Assembly: GCF_009914755.1 (NCBI RefSeq)
Contig: NC_060926.1
DNA length: 64,000 nucleotides
Reading direction: 5' to 3' (one strand)
DNA from: the human T2T-CHM13v2.0 reference genome, Homo sapiens
The translations under genes and the position numbers were made by a program. This document shows positions 16,969 through 38,334 of this stretch, piece by piece (the stretch's first letter is position 1; each line of letters opens with the position of its first letter). The notes beneath the pieces were generated by a model. The model worked only from the letters and a program-made list of their open reading frames with translations, ran no database searches and had not been told where the DNA came from.

Positions 16969-18221
16969 TAATTTTAATAATTTCTTTCTGTACCTCAATA
17001 AATCATTTTTCATACATTTAGGGATGCATACACCCACTTTGGAAGCTACTGTTCCAGTCATAGAATTTTATCATTAACACTACCAACTAACCTCATTTGA
17101 TTAAGATTTATTGACCATTCCACCCCACAACAACAGAATGTAAATTCTTTTCAAGTGACAATGGGAATATTTATTAAAATATAGCATATTTTGGGCCATA
17201 AAGCAAGTGTCAATAAGCTAAAAAGAATTTAAGTCACGTATAGTATGTTCTCTGACAACGATGGAAATAAATTAGAAATCAATGACTGCTGAAAAATTGC
17301 TGGGTAGACCCCAAATATTAGGGAACTAAATAACAGACTTCTAAATAATCAGTGGGCCAAGAAGAAATCGAAAGAGAAATGAGAGTATTTTAAATGGAGT
17401 GAAAATGAAAATCCAATATATCAAAATGTCTGGGATGCCCTTGAAGCAGCACTTAAGGAAAATTTTACAACACAAAACACTTATGTTAGAATAGAAAAAA
17501 AGGTCTCAAATCAGTGACTTCAGCTTCCATGTTAAGACACCAGAAAAAGAAGATTAAACTCAACATGCACAGAAAAAAGAAAATAATAAAGATTACAGCA
17601 AAAATAATGAAATAAAAATCAGAAAAACAACAGCAAAAGTCTGTGAAACCAAAACTGCTTCTTTGAAAAAATAAATCAATAAAATTAATAGACCTCTAGC
17701 TAAGGTGATTAGGAAAAAAAGATAGAAGATGCAAATTAACAATATCAGTAATGTGGGATGCAACATCACTGCAAGTTATACAGATATTAAAAGATAATAA
17801 TGGAATATTATGAATGACTCTACACCAACGAATTCAACAAGTTAGAGCAAATTCTTTGAAAGGAACAAAATACCAAAGCTCACTCAAGCGGAAATAGCCT
17901 AAATAGTCCTATACTTATTTTAAACATTTAATTTGTAGTTAAAGGCTTTGTCACAAAAGACTCCATATCCAGATGGCTTGCTGCTCTGATGAAGTCTACA
18001 AAATCACAAAAATAAAATAAGACTAATTCTACTGAAATTCTTTTAGAAAATTGAAAAGTAGGGAATATTGCAATGAATTCCATAAATGAAGGATTAACCT
18101 GATACCAAAAAGCAGACAAAGAAAAGCAAACTACAGACCAATATTCCTCATGAGCACAGATGCAAAAATTCTAAACAAAATATTAGCAAATTTAATTCAA
18201 CAATATATAAAAAGGATAATG

Positions 18222-18565
<344 letters not shown>

Positions 18566-18606
18566 CTAAGAATGCAAGGCTGGTTTGAAATCCAGAAGCC
18601 AATCAA

Positions 18607-18920
18607 GGCCAGGTGCAGTGGCTCATGCCTGTAATTCTAGCACTTTGGGAGGCCAAGACAGGGGGATCACTTCAGCCCAAGAGTTCAAGAACAGCCTGGG
18701 CAACATAATGAGCCCCTGTCTTGACCAAAAAAAAAAATAAAATAAAAAAAAGCCAGCTGTGCTGGCACTTGCCTATAGTCCTAGGTACTTGGGAGGCTGA
18801 AGTGGGAGGATCACTTGAGCCAGGGAGGTCAAAAGTGCAGTAAGCCATGATTTCACTACTGCACTCCAGCTTGGGTGACAGTGAGAAGCTGTCTCTTAAA
18901 AACAAACAAACAAAAACCAA
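18607..18920 (+). mobile_element. AluJ
   Basis: AluJ-type sequence. Confidence 0.9.
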
Positions 18921-20365
18921 AAACCAATCAATGTAATTTCCTATATTAACAAGCCAAAAAGAAAAAACATATGATCTTCTCAATAGATGAAGAAAATTCA
19001 TTTAGCAAAACTCAACAACAATTTCTGATAAAAACTCTAAGCAAATTACTATTAGAACATCCTGAACTTGATAAAGGGCATCTAAAAAAATTACAGTTAC
19101 CATTATACCTACTAGCAAAAACCTAAATGCTTTCTTCCTAACATCAGGAACAGATAAGGATGTTTATTTTCACCACTGCTATTCAATATGGCACTGGAGA
19201 TTACAACCAGTGCAATCAGACAAGAAAAAGAAGTAAAGGGCATCCAGACTGAAAAGGAAGAAGTAAAATTGTTATTATTTGAAGACAACATGATCATTAC
19301 GGAAAATTCAAAGGAATTTGCAAAACAGGTAGATGTTAGAAGTGACAAGTGATTAGAAGTAGGTTTAACAAGGTTATAGGATACAAGGTCAAAATACAAA
19401 ATTCAATTGTATTTCCATACACTATTGAAGAACAATTTGAAACTGAAAAAAATTTAAAAGCCACACATATGATTGCATAAAAAATTAAATACTTAATGAT
19501 GACTGAAAACTACAAAATATTGCCAAAAGAAATTAAAGAAGACCTAAATGGAGAAACACACTTTGTTCATGGATTGGAAGACTCAACATTAAGATGTCAA
19601 CTGTCCCCAAATTGATTTATATATTCAATGCAATCCCAATTAAAATCTCAATAGGCTTTTTGTAAAAATTGACAAATTGATTATTAAATTCAAATGGAAA
19701 TACAAAGTACCTAGAATAGCCAAAACAACTTTTACAAAAGAAGAACAAAATTAAAGAACTTTCATTACATGATTCCAAGGCACTATAAAACTACAGTAAT
19801 CGAGACAGTATGGAATTGGCATTAAGACAGACAAATAGATAAATGGAAAGATGGTGGATCCCAGAAATAAACCCACATATATGTAAACAACTGATGTTTT
19901 CATAAACTTTAAAGGCAATTCTATTTTTTTCAACAAATTTTACTGGAACAATTGGATAGCCATATCCCCCCCCCAAAAAAAAGAAAAAAAGAAAATGAAC
20001 TTTGATCCATACCACACAGTACACAAAAAAATTAATTCAAACTGGATCACAAACCTAAATGTAAAATCTAAAAGTATAAATGTTCTAGAAGAAAACACAG
20101 GAGAAAGTCTTTGTGACCCTGGTTTGGTCAATGGTTTCTTAGAAACAATACCAAAATCACAATCCATCTATAATTTTTTTTTACTTTATCCAAATGAAGA
20201 ACTTCTGCTCTTTGAAAAACACTGTTAAGAGAATGAAAAGACAAGAGACAAGTGTTGGAAAAATATTTGTAAATCACATATCTGATAAAGAACTGTGTCC
20301 TTTAATGTGCAAAGAATATATATATTTTCAAAACTAACTAATAAAAGTTTAAAAAATTAACAACC

Positions 20366-20673
20366 TGCCGGGCACAGTGGCTCAGGTCTGTAATGCCAGC
20401 ACTTTGGGAGGCCAAGATGGGCAGATCATGAGGTCAGGAGATCGAGACCATCCCGGCCAACACGGTGAAACCCTGTCTTTACTAAAAAAATACAAAAAAA
20501 TTAGCCGGGCATGGTGGTGGGTGCCTGTAGTCCCAGCTACTCAGGAGGCTGAGGCAGGAGAATGGCATGAACCTGGGAGGCGGAGCTTGCAGTGAGCCGA
20601 GATTGTGCTACTGCTCTCCAGCCTGAGCGACAGAGCAAGACTCTGTCTCAAAAAAAAAAAAAAGAAAAAAAAA
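20366..20673 (+). mobile_element. AluY/Sc-like
   Basis: gagatcgagaccatcc, agaatggcatgaac, ggagcttgcag diagnostics; TSD ATTAACAACC. Confidence 0.9.
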
Positions 20674-20992
20674 CATTAACAACCCAACACAAAAATGGGC
20701 AAAATAAGACTTCATCAAAGAAGATACACAGACGGCAAATAAGAAAATGAAGAGATGTTCAAAAAATCATTAGCCATTAGATAAATACAAATTAAAAATC
20801 ATGATGAGATTCTTCCACACCCCAATTGGAACATCTTAAATTTTGAAGACTGTCCATGCCAAGTGTTGTCAAGGATGTGGAGCAACTGTAACTCTTATAT
20901 ATAGCTGGTGGGAATGAAAAATGGTTAACCACTTTGAAAAACAGTTTGGCAGTTTCTTAAAATTTAAACATACACTTACCATATAACCCAGT

Positions 20993-21568
20993 TGTAGGAT
21001 ATAATAAATTCCTCTTCAAAGGTTTTAGCCTGTAAATTGTTAAGTACAATGAGTTCTGGTATCAGTAAGTTCAGCTCCCTGTTCTTTATTTTAAAGCTTA
21101 ACTTCCTCGTTCTCTTCTCTCCTTGCCCCTAGTTTCAGTAAACAAACTCCTCCTAGCCTCTATCACCTGCTCCATCCTGAGTCACCTCTGGTCACCTGCT
21201 CTGTCCTGAGTCATCCCTGGTCAGCTGCTCTGACCTGAGTCATCCTGAGTCACCTGTTCTGTAACCGTCTTCCCCGCTAAACAACGCACCCCACCACTCT
21301 GACTCATACCCCTGCTCTCTTTAAAATAGCCAATTGGAATTGGCTTAGACTGTGTCGTCCCACCCTAGCCAATAGGGGAACAACACAGCAGTAGGGGCTA
21401 CCTGTGTCAGGAATAAGAACCCCTTCCCCTCCCTTGTTCAGATGTGCTCTCGCCATTGCTCCATCCACGAGGTGCGCCCTTCTATAGAAGTAAAATTGCC
21501 TTGCTGAGAAAATTAAATTTATGTTCGAGTGCTATTTCTTTTGTGGCATCAAAAATTTATTTCTAACA
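20993..21568 (+). mobile_element. LTR10 (probably LTR10A, HERV-I family) solo LTR inserted in L1
   Basis: TG...CA termini, 4-bp TSD CAGT, internal 29-bp repeat carrying TGAGTCA, CCAAT boxes. Confidence 0.85.
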
Positions 21569-22616
21569 CAGTCATTCTATTCCTAGGTATTTACCTAGAA
21601 GAAATGAAAGCATATGCCCATAAAATTTCTTTTGCACAATTGTTCATACCAACTTTATTTGTAAGAGCCTCAGACTAGAAATAACCCAAAAGTGCATCAA
21701 TAGGTTAATGGATAAACAAATTGTGGTAAATTTGTACAATGGAATACTACTCATTCTAAGGAACAATAAAATAAATGAAATATTGATACATGCTATAACA
21801 TGGATGAATCTCAAACTAATTACATGAAGTACAAGAGGGCAGGCAAAAAAGAGTACATATTGTATAACTCCATTTATGTAAAAGTCTAGAAAATGCAAAA
21901 TAATCTATAACAACAGGAAGTATATCATGTGGATGGGCATAAGGCAGGGAAGTGCAGGAGGGAGAGATTACCAAGTGGCACATGATCCTTTTGGTGTGAT
22001 GGGTGTATTCATTGGCTGGACTGTGATGATTGTTTCACAGATGTATACATATGTCAAAACTCACCAATTGTATACTTTAAACATGTGCTGTTTATTGTAT
22101 ATTAACCACATCTCAATAAAGCTCCATTATATTCTGTATTTCCTCCTTGAAGAAAATCTGTTTTAAAATAATGTTTTATCCTTATGGTTAGGTACTTTAC
22201 AATGCTGTATTAATTATCATTTGGAATTCTATAAAATCATTTATAGAATTTACACTTTATGTCTATTGTGTAGTTCTTACAAAAGATTCATTAGAAAATT
22301 TTGAAATCACTTAAAAGGAAGTACAGTTATAGATTTTGTATTGGTTCCATTTTATTCATTGTATTATTCAAACCTATTGTATCTTTACGAAATTTTTAAA
22401 TTATTTTGATAATGTAGATTTATTGTCTTCAATTATAATTACACATTTATTGTTTCATTGATGATAGATGATTCTTTTACATATGCTTGACTGGGGTGTG
22501 GGGAGGGAGTCTTTTTTGAGGGTGGTTCTGTGGAGGCAACTTGAAATTTCTTAAACTCTACATTAAGTTGGGGCTCTTTTTTTAATTGCTTCAGAAATTT
22601 TATCTTCAATTATTCC

Positions 22617-23220
<604 letters not shown>

Positions 23221-23234
23221 TTAATTATTTCTTA

Positions 23235-23492
<258 letters not shown>

Positions 23493-24839
23493 TTACCTTC
23501 TTATATAGCTCTGTGTCTTGTCAGTTGGAGCTTAGATGCACAGAGCCACATCTTTTTTGGAAGAGACTTTGGATACTATGATCTCCCAACCTCTTCAACT
23601 TATAGACAAGGAAACAAAGGCACAGAGAATGTCTTACCTAAGGCCAAATAACTGGGTGAACTGGTTTGGAACATCAAAGTTTTAATTTCCTGTTCTATGT
23701 CCTTTGTACTCCACATCCTCTTTTTCATCTTTTTAGGATGGATCATCATTTCCATTTAAGGGTTCTCTGCTTAACTTCCCTGTGGCTTGAGACATGTTTT
23801 CATGTTGTTTCCTTTATTACTTGTTAGCTACATTGTCTCATTTCTCTTGGGGAAGCAAACCTGTGTTGTGTGAGAAAGCTTTTAATAACCTTTTCCCCCA
23901 CCCTGCTACTCTATGACTATGACCTATCTTTTGATAAACTGTTTCCTAATTTTTAGTCCTCAGGTCTTGTTTTTTGGTTTTACTTTCTTTTCTTACAGTC
24001 AATTCAGTTGCTTCAGTCTCATGTTTGTGGTTCTTAAGATTTTCCCTCTATTTTCTTCCTTTTTCTTTGGGATCTTGAGGTTATAAAACCTTTCCCTCCC
24101 ACCCTCATTATGACTGAGACTTACTTTGTTAATTCACGTCTTGTTTAATCTTATTTTGTTTGTCTTCTACATCTCTATTGTTACTTTAGTGGGTTTTCTC
24201 AAAACACTCATATTCATTCCATCTTCTTCACAGAACCCTTTTGCTTATAACTCGGGAAAACACAGAAGTTCAATTGTATTCTACAAACTATCATGTGAAG
24301 TAAATTATCAATAAAGATTAGGATGGTAAATAGTTTTTGTCTGACTCCTCCCCTTGTGAGCCATCTCTCTGAGCACCTCTTGTTTCCCTGATGAGCTCTT
24401 GCTACCAGGTATAGTAAACAGAATTGATATGAGATCAAATGAGAAAGTGTGCATGAAAATAATTTAACTAAGAATACACTGAGCAAATATATTAGTGTCA
24501 AAATCATGATATCAATTAACTAAGATTATTAATTAATGTTAAACTTTAAAATAAAAGATAAAGGATAGTTACATGTATATTACAGTTAAATTAAATGCTG
24601 CTTTTGTGGGGGCACATGGTGGACCCCTGTACTAGAATTCCTTTTCCCAGAACTATGCAGGCCAGAGCCACATTTCAGAAACTATTTTTTTAAAGGATCA
24701 GAAATCAATTGGAATTATAATAAAACATATGACACATCTGATGAAACATAATGTTCATATAAAATAAAATGTGCTTACTTGTTTGCAATTATCTATATGT
24801 ATACATTTTTATATACAGTAAAAACAATCATCTATTTTT

Positions 24840-24975
24840 CAGACACTGAGCTGGAACCACCCAAGTAAGCTACTCCTGGATTTCTGAATGTCTGAAACTG
24901 TGTAACATAATGTTTGTTTTTTCAAGCTGCTAAGTATTGGGATAATTTGTTATGCAGCCATACTTAACTAATACA
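24840..24975 (+). mobile_element. MLT1 3' fragment
   Basis: ttcaagctgctaagtattgggataatttgttatgcagccatacttaactaataca. Confidence 0.7.
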
Positions 24976-25228
24976 GCAACTCTGCCATGACATTTCCTCC
25001 AAACTCTTTCAGGGTACAAGGGACTGGGTAATGAGAAGGGAGGACCAGCTCAGGAAATTGTTCCAGGGCTTTCATCATTGGGAGTGGTTAGATCAATGCT
25101 TTGTCACTTCTTTTCCAATAGTAAATCGAGTCATGGATTTCCAGCACTCCCTTAGTTCTAAAGGGAGAACCATGACTCTGTTCATAGCAAGAACATGGAG
25201 TCTCTTACAGAAGGCATTTTTCTCTTTA

Positions 25229-25552
<324 letters not shown>

Positions 25553-25565
25553 GATAATCTGTTGA

Positions 25566-25936
<371 letters not shown>

Positions 25937-26094
25937 TAATTATTCATTGGTCTTAAAAATTTCATTTCTAACAAGTGAAATTTATATAATTACGGTTAAT
26001 ATTAATGGTAATAGAAAAGGAGGAGACCTAGAATTTTTCTTAACAGTCAGTGCATCGCATTGACATATTATAATTTTTGTATTATAGAACAGAA

Positions 26095-26394
<300 letters not shown>

Positions 26395-27134
26395 TAATTT
26401 TAATTCAGTGCTTCTATACTACTTAAATACTAGTGCTAAATTGGGAGAGGTGCAGGGAAGAGAAAATTGAAGATAAATTGACAATTTAGTGATCGGGTAT
26501 GTTGAAACCAGTTATTTTTCTGTTCTCCTAAAAGGGATGCTGTCACTTTAAATTTAATATAAACCAAACACTGGTCTGCCAAGGGAAACTGGCAAAAGAG
26601 TTGTTAAATTGGTAACTTAGGTTAGTAAGTTAAAATTGCCAAACTGGGTTCCTAAGATGGCCACGGAAGACAGTAAAATTAGGTTGAATTTTCCTAAGTG
26701 GCTGAAAACTATCTTCTGTTTGGTGGAAAATATGCAAGAAGTTTTGGCTCCTGACTATAACACAGTGTCTTGTATGTTTTATATGGAGAAATGAGAGTGA
26801 GAAAAGTGAGAGTGCGGTTGGAAAAATATGTGACAAGCTGCCCAAGGAAGATTGAAAAAATCTTGTCACTGTTTTTACAATTTCTTTCAGAAGCATGTAG
26901 ATATTTTACTTCTGAGTCTCAGGAGCAGTCATATAAAATTCTTCCCAGAAAAAGTAGTAAATTTGACAAACTGCCAACAAAAGGACTTAGTCTAAGTAAA
27001 ACTTCAGGAAATTTAGAAAATTATAGAGTTTTAGAGGGCATTAAGAAACCATGAGGAAAGAAATCCATATGTGTCATAGAATATATACACACATGCATAT
27101 ACACACACATGCACACTCATGTATAATATTTTTA

Positions 27135-27448
<314 letters not shown>

Positions 27449-27482
27449 ATATAGATAGATAGATAGATAGATAGATATAGAT

Positions 27483-27525
<43 letters not shown>

Positions 27526-27527
27526 TA
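27449..27527. repeat. Interrupted (TAGA)n tetranucleotide STR at the Alu tail
   Basis: Direct observation. Confidence 0.95.
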
Positions 27528-27840
27528 GGCTTTAGGTGACTTTAATTGCAAATTGTTTTAGCTGATTTCTGTGCTGTGTTTTGGAAGTCTAACTTTGGTA
27601 TAGGGTCAGGCAGAAACCCACCATTTAATTAAGGAAAGACATCTTCTGCTCCTGCACCTTTCCCAAGGATTCCAAGAAAATGTAGCACTGTTTACCACCA
27701 CTTGGTAAAGTTGTACAGCATCTGCAGGACTAACTCCCCCCTTCATAGACGTATTTAATCTCCAAAGGTCTAAAATTGCAAAACAATTCTCATGATATAA
27801 CAGCTTTATGGTGGACACATTTATGAAAAGGTTATATTAT

Positions 27841-28438
<598 letters not shown>

Positions 28439-29748
28439 GGTTATAACTAAACAGAGAGTATTTGGTGAAGAACCAGAGTAAGCAGTGACAATTTTACCTA
28501 CAAGAGAAATGTAGGCGGGAGAGGTCCCAGAGGGCTCCTGTGATGTAGAGAGGCTTCAAGGAAAAGGTGTGATTTCTGCTGGGCTCTGACAGTAGGAACA
28601 GATTTGGGATTGAGAGGAAGGCACTAGATTAGCAGAGGAGCTGAGGGGAGCACCAAGAACAGTGTGAACAGACAAAATGAGGCAATGAATTTAGATCAGG
28701 AGTAAAGGCTTATGCCGGGAAGTAATTTCCAGAACCAATGGATCAGTTGAGAGAGACAAGGAAGGTTATTGGGTTTAATAAATGGGCAGTGCATGGAGAC
28801 CCCTGGAGGTGCTATTTCAGCAGATTAGTCATCTATGGACAGAACTATTTATTATTTATAATAAACCATTTGATTTTTTTGTGAATAAATTCCTTCATAG
28901 TTTTTTATGAAAAATAATATTTTATCCTAAAGATCCCTACTGGAGGACTTTATTGCTTTTTTTTGGCAGGATAAGGTACAAGGATTTTTATCCCTGATAG
29001 ATGAAGTAGCTTGAGAAGCTCCCCTTATTTCAGTAATTTAAACCTAAAAACCTTTGTCTTCAAATCCTTGTTTAAAAAGAGGAAAACCATTTTCTGGCCC
29101 ACTAGACCAGTAACAACCAAAAAAAAAAAAGATTTCAGTCATTATGCCATCGAAATATACACCTTGAGCAGACCTGTAGACTTTAGGTTCATTTCCTTCA
29201 ATTTGCTTCAAGGCATTGAACTCAACTCTTCATTGAAAAAGCTGTTGCAGACCCAAGCCAGAGGATCCCGGCAAAGTATGAATAGTTGGTTCTGTGGCTT
29301 TTGCTTATGCCTTGGAAAATCATGGAGAGGAGGGTTAGAGAGAAAAGGGCACATGGTACTATGTATACCTACTCTGTTTTTCTTCCATATCACGGGGTGT
29401 AGACACTAAGACTGAATGCGCCCATATCTAGGGATTGGAGAAGTACCCCGGATATGATTGGATGAGAAATGATCTATTTCAATGCAATAATGTGTTTTAG
29501 CTGATTGTACATTATTGGATAACCATGATCGGGGTTGATTTGGAAAAAGGTGTATAAATTATCCATATTCCTTGCAATTGTGAACCCAACAGTAAACAGA
29601 ATTATATGAACGAGCTTATTAAAATTTAAAACATAAAATGAGGTTTTACCTTCTGATCTCTTGCATCTTTGCCCTTGAATCAAACATGGATGTGAAATAA
29701 AATGATGCATGTTTAAAATGTAGTTATTAAATTCTCCAACTATATCAG

Positions 29749-30211
29749 TGTTGGAGGCCAAAAGAATGAGGGTTGTGATTAACTCAGTATACCACTGGAG
29801 GCTATATGAGTAAACAGCAAACTGTTCTCATAAAGGCAGAATGTTGGCAAACTGACAAATTGCGTCTGCCACCCAGAGGGAACGCTGAGTGCAGTCACGC
29901 CTCAGGCGCAAGTGTTTCTTGTGATTAGGCACATCTGAAGCCTGTTAGCAATAATGGGAACCTATGATCAATCAAGCAGCTGACGGATCGCTACCTCCTC
30001 CTCCCTGCTCTTTCTATCCAATAAATACGGAGGGCTGTGAAAGCTCAAGGCCCTTGCTCACTAGAAGCAAGGAGCCCCCGACCCCTTCTTTAAAATAGAT
30101 TCTTTTGTCTTAAGTTTTCATTTCTGCGTTCGTCCTCTTTCATTCAGTCCCGTAGTAACTGTCACAAGCGGCGTTTGTCCTCCTTTGTTCAGTCTCGTAG
30201 TGACTGTTACA
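29749..30211 (+). mobile_element. LTR3 (HERV-K HML-6) with duplicated 3' terminus
   Basis: tgttggaggccaaaagaatgaggg start, 6-bp TSD TATCAG/TATTAG; last 41 bp present twice. Confidence 0.85.
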
Positions 30212-30494
30212 TATTAGGGTATACAAAATTACAGCTAAGAAAAAAATCTTATTCTTTATTGTATTTTTATGGAATTTTATTCATATGGCTTTAGTTTTAG
30301 AGACATGAGTTTCTATACTTCTCTTTCATAATGAAGATTACCCTTTTCCTTTTGTTCAAATCAATAAGAAAAAGTGGCTGCAGTTACAAATAAGTTACAG
30401 TCACCTACATACAATGGGATGAGGCTCTGGGGGACTTCAGGAGGCAGTGAGTATATTGTGCATGTGGAATGTGAATCACGGGGGTCAGAAGGTA

Positions 30495-30990
30495 GACTGG
30501 GGTAGGCAGCCCCCAGATGGCTCCCAGTGACAGCAGCCTCCTCTTATTCTTGTTCTTGTATAATTCCCTCACATTGATTGTGGCCTGGATCTAGTGACTC
30601 GCTTCTAACAAATAGAATGCCAGAAAGGTGAGTCACTTCTGAGATTAGGTTATAAAAATAGGGTGAAGTCTATCTTGCTCTCTTGCTTGCTTATTCTGAG
30701 GGGGGCCAGCTGCCTTGTTGTAAGCACCCCACGGACAAGCCCTATGTGGCAAAGAACTGAGAGTGGCCTCTGGCCAACAGCTAGTGAAGAACTGAGGCTG
30801 AATCTAACAACCCATGAGGACTTGAATCCTGCCAACAACCACGTGAGTGAGCTTGAAAACAGATGAAGCCTTCAGATGACTGCAGGCTCAGCCAACACCT
30901 TAATTGCATCCTGTGAGTGACCCAGCTAAGCACTCCCAGATTCCTGACCCACCTGTGAGACAATGTTAAGTCAAGTTTTGGAGTAAGTTT
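30495..30990 (+). mobile_element. MLT1E/F-type MaLR LTR
   Basis: ggtaggcagcccccagatggctccc, ctgaatcctgccaacaaccacgtgagtgagcttg motifs. Confidence 0.78.
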
Positions 30991-31139
30991 GGAGTAATTT
31001 ACAGCTTAATTTACACAGCCCTCAAGTAGCATATGGTCTAATTAAGTAAACTAAGCACATAAATAATAGCTAACAAGTATAATATTTACTATATGCCAGA
31101 GATTCTTCTAAGCATTTTACATTTAGTTAATCATTAATC

Positions 31140-31777
<638 letters not shown>

Positions 31778-32543
31778 ATCATTTCACCTTTATGACAACT
31801 CTATTAGGTATTATTACTATCACCATTTTATAAAGAAATTAAGGCAACATGAGGTTAAATAACTTGCTCATGGTCACACAGTAGAGCTGAGTGTCAAACT
31901 CAGTTTGGTGCCGGATTTCACGTTCATTTGTACTGCCTCTTGCCATTTCATATACCGTAATAGAAGTATGTACGCTTTGTGGAAGTACTACAGCATGGAG
32001 AATGATTGTATCTGTAGGATAAAAGGGTCAGAAGATTTGCAGAGACTTAAGTAGGATTTGAAAGATGGAGGAAAGGGATTCCAGTCAGATGGAATAGCAT
32101 ATGTTAAGGTATGGGGGCACAGACTGACTGTTACTATTCCTTTCAAATGTTTGTAATCAGGTAGTGTGGTCTTCTTCATATTCTGACCTTCATTTCTATT
32201 GATAAACACCACCCTCTCTGAATTCTAGTAAACCATTACTCTTTTCAAGAAAAGTGTAATTCCTGATTCTGAACCAAGTGCAGTGACAGAGGCTCAGAAT
32301 AAGTTGAGCAGAAAAATCACCTTGTTTGTTTTAACACGAGGTGATTTAGGGGATTAGCAATGGAGGCACTTGTCTCTTGTAGCAACAGCAGCACATTGTT
32401 TACACACTGTCTACATGCTGTCCACTTGGAGTGCCCAACCACTACAATGCTGTCCACTGATCTTGGGAATAAGGGGAAGATCAGTCATAAATTTGATAAC
32501 CACAATCAAGTTTCTATATTTAAATGTAACTTTAAATAATCTT

Positions 32544-32855
32544 GGCTGGGTGTGGTGGCTCACGCCCGTAGTCCCAGCACTTTGGGGAGCTGAGGCGGGC
32601 GGATCACGTGAGGTCTGGAGTTTGCGACCAGCCTGGCCAACATGGTGAAACCCTGTCTGTACTAAAAATACAAAAATTAGCCAGGTGTGGTGGCGGGCTC
32701 CCATAATCCCAGCTACTCAGGAGGCTGAGGCATGAGAATTCCTTGAACCTGGGAGGCGGAGGTTGCAGTGAGCCGAGATTGCACCACTGCACTCCGGCCT
32801 GGGGGATGGAGTGAGACTCTGACTCCAAAAAATAAAAATAAAAATAAATAAATAA
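32544..32855 (+). mobile_element. AluS
   Basis: Alu consensus. Confidence 0.93.
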
Positions 32856-33039
32856 TGTCACATCAGACCCAAATATGACAGAAGAAATGAAAACAGAAAA
32901 AAGGGGGGATTAATTATTCACTGGAAAAATTAAAAGAGGTAACACTAAAAACAGAAGAGGCTGTAGATATAACTAGTGACATAAAAAGAGTGGTTGCCTT
33001 TTCCCCTCATTATCATAATTATCCTTAAAGGGTCATTAA

Positions 33040-37860
<4,821 letters not shown>

Positions 37861-37877
37861 GTCTCAAAAGGCCATTT

Positions 37878-38179
<302 letters not shown>

Positions 38180-38334
38180 TCAAAAGGCCATTTTTAAACA
38201 CTTGCTTTAGTTTACCGCCTAGAGTCTCCTCCAGGTTGTCAAAAGCCATGAATCGTGTACTTTATCAATTTACAACCCAAACCTTACCCTGCACAGATGC
38301 ATAAGATATATAAACAGGCTGAATCAAATACATA

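Noticed and set aside
21163-21260. Regularly spaced 29-bp repeats as a CRISPR-like array
   Set aside because: Contiguous tandem units with no spacers, inside an LTR in a eukaryotic genome
29615-29649. GT-AG 35-nt mini-intron that would open an alternative frame (ARSYNSVYCWVHNC...KKNR)
   Set aside because: Too short for a typical human intron; the continuous frame is simpler, though the alternative cannot be excluded
29650-29748. Faint resemblance of IVGEFNNYILNM to CENP-I, and of GELVLQMLYN (27.7 kb) to C2 domains
   Set aside because: Only a few residues from memory; not enough to name the relic gene
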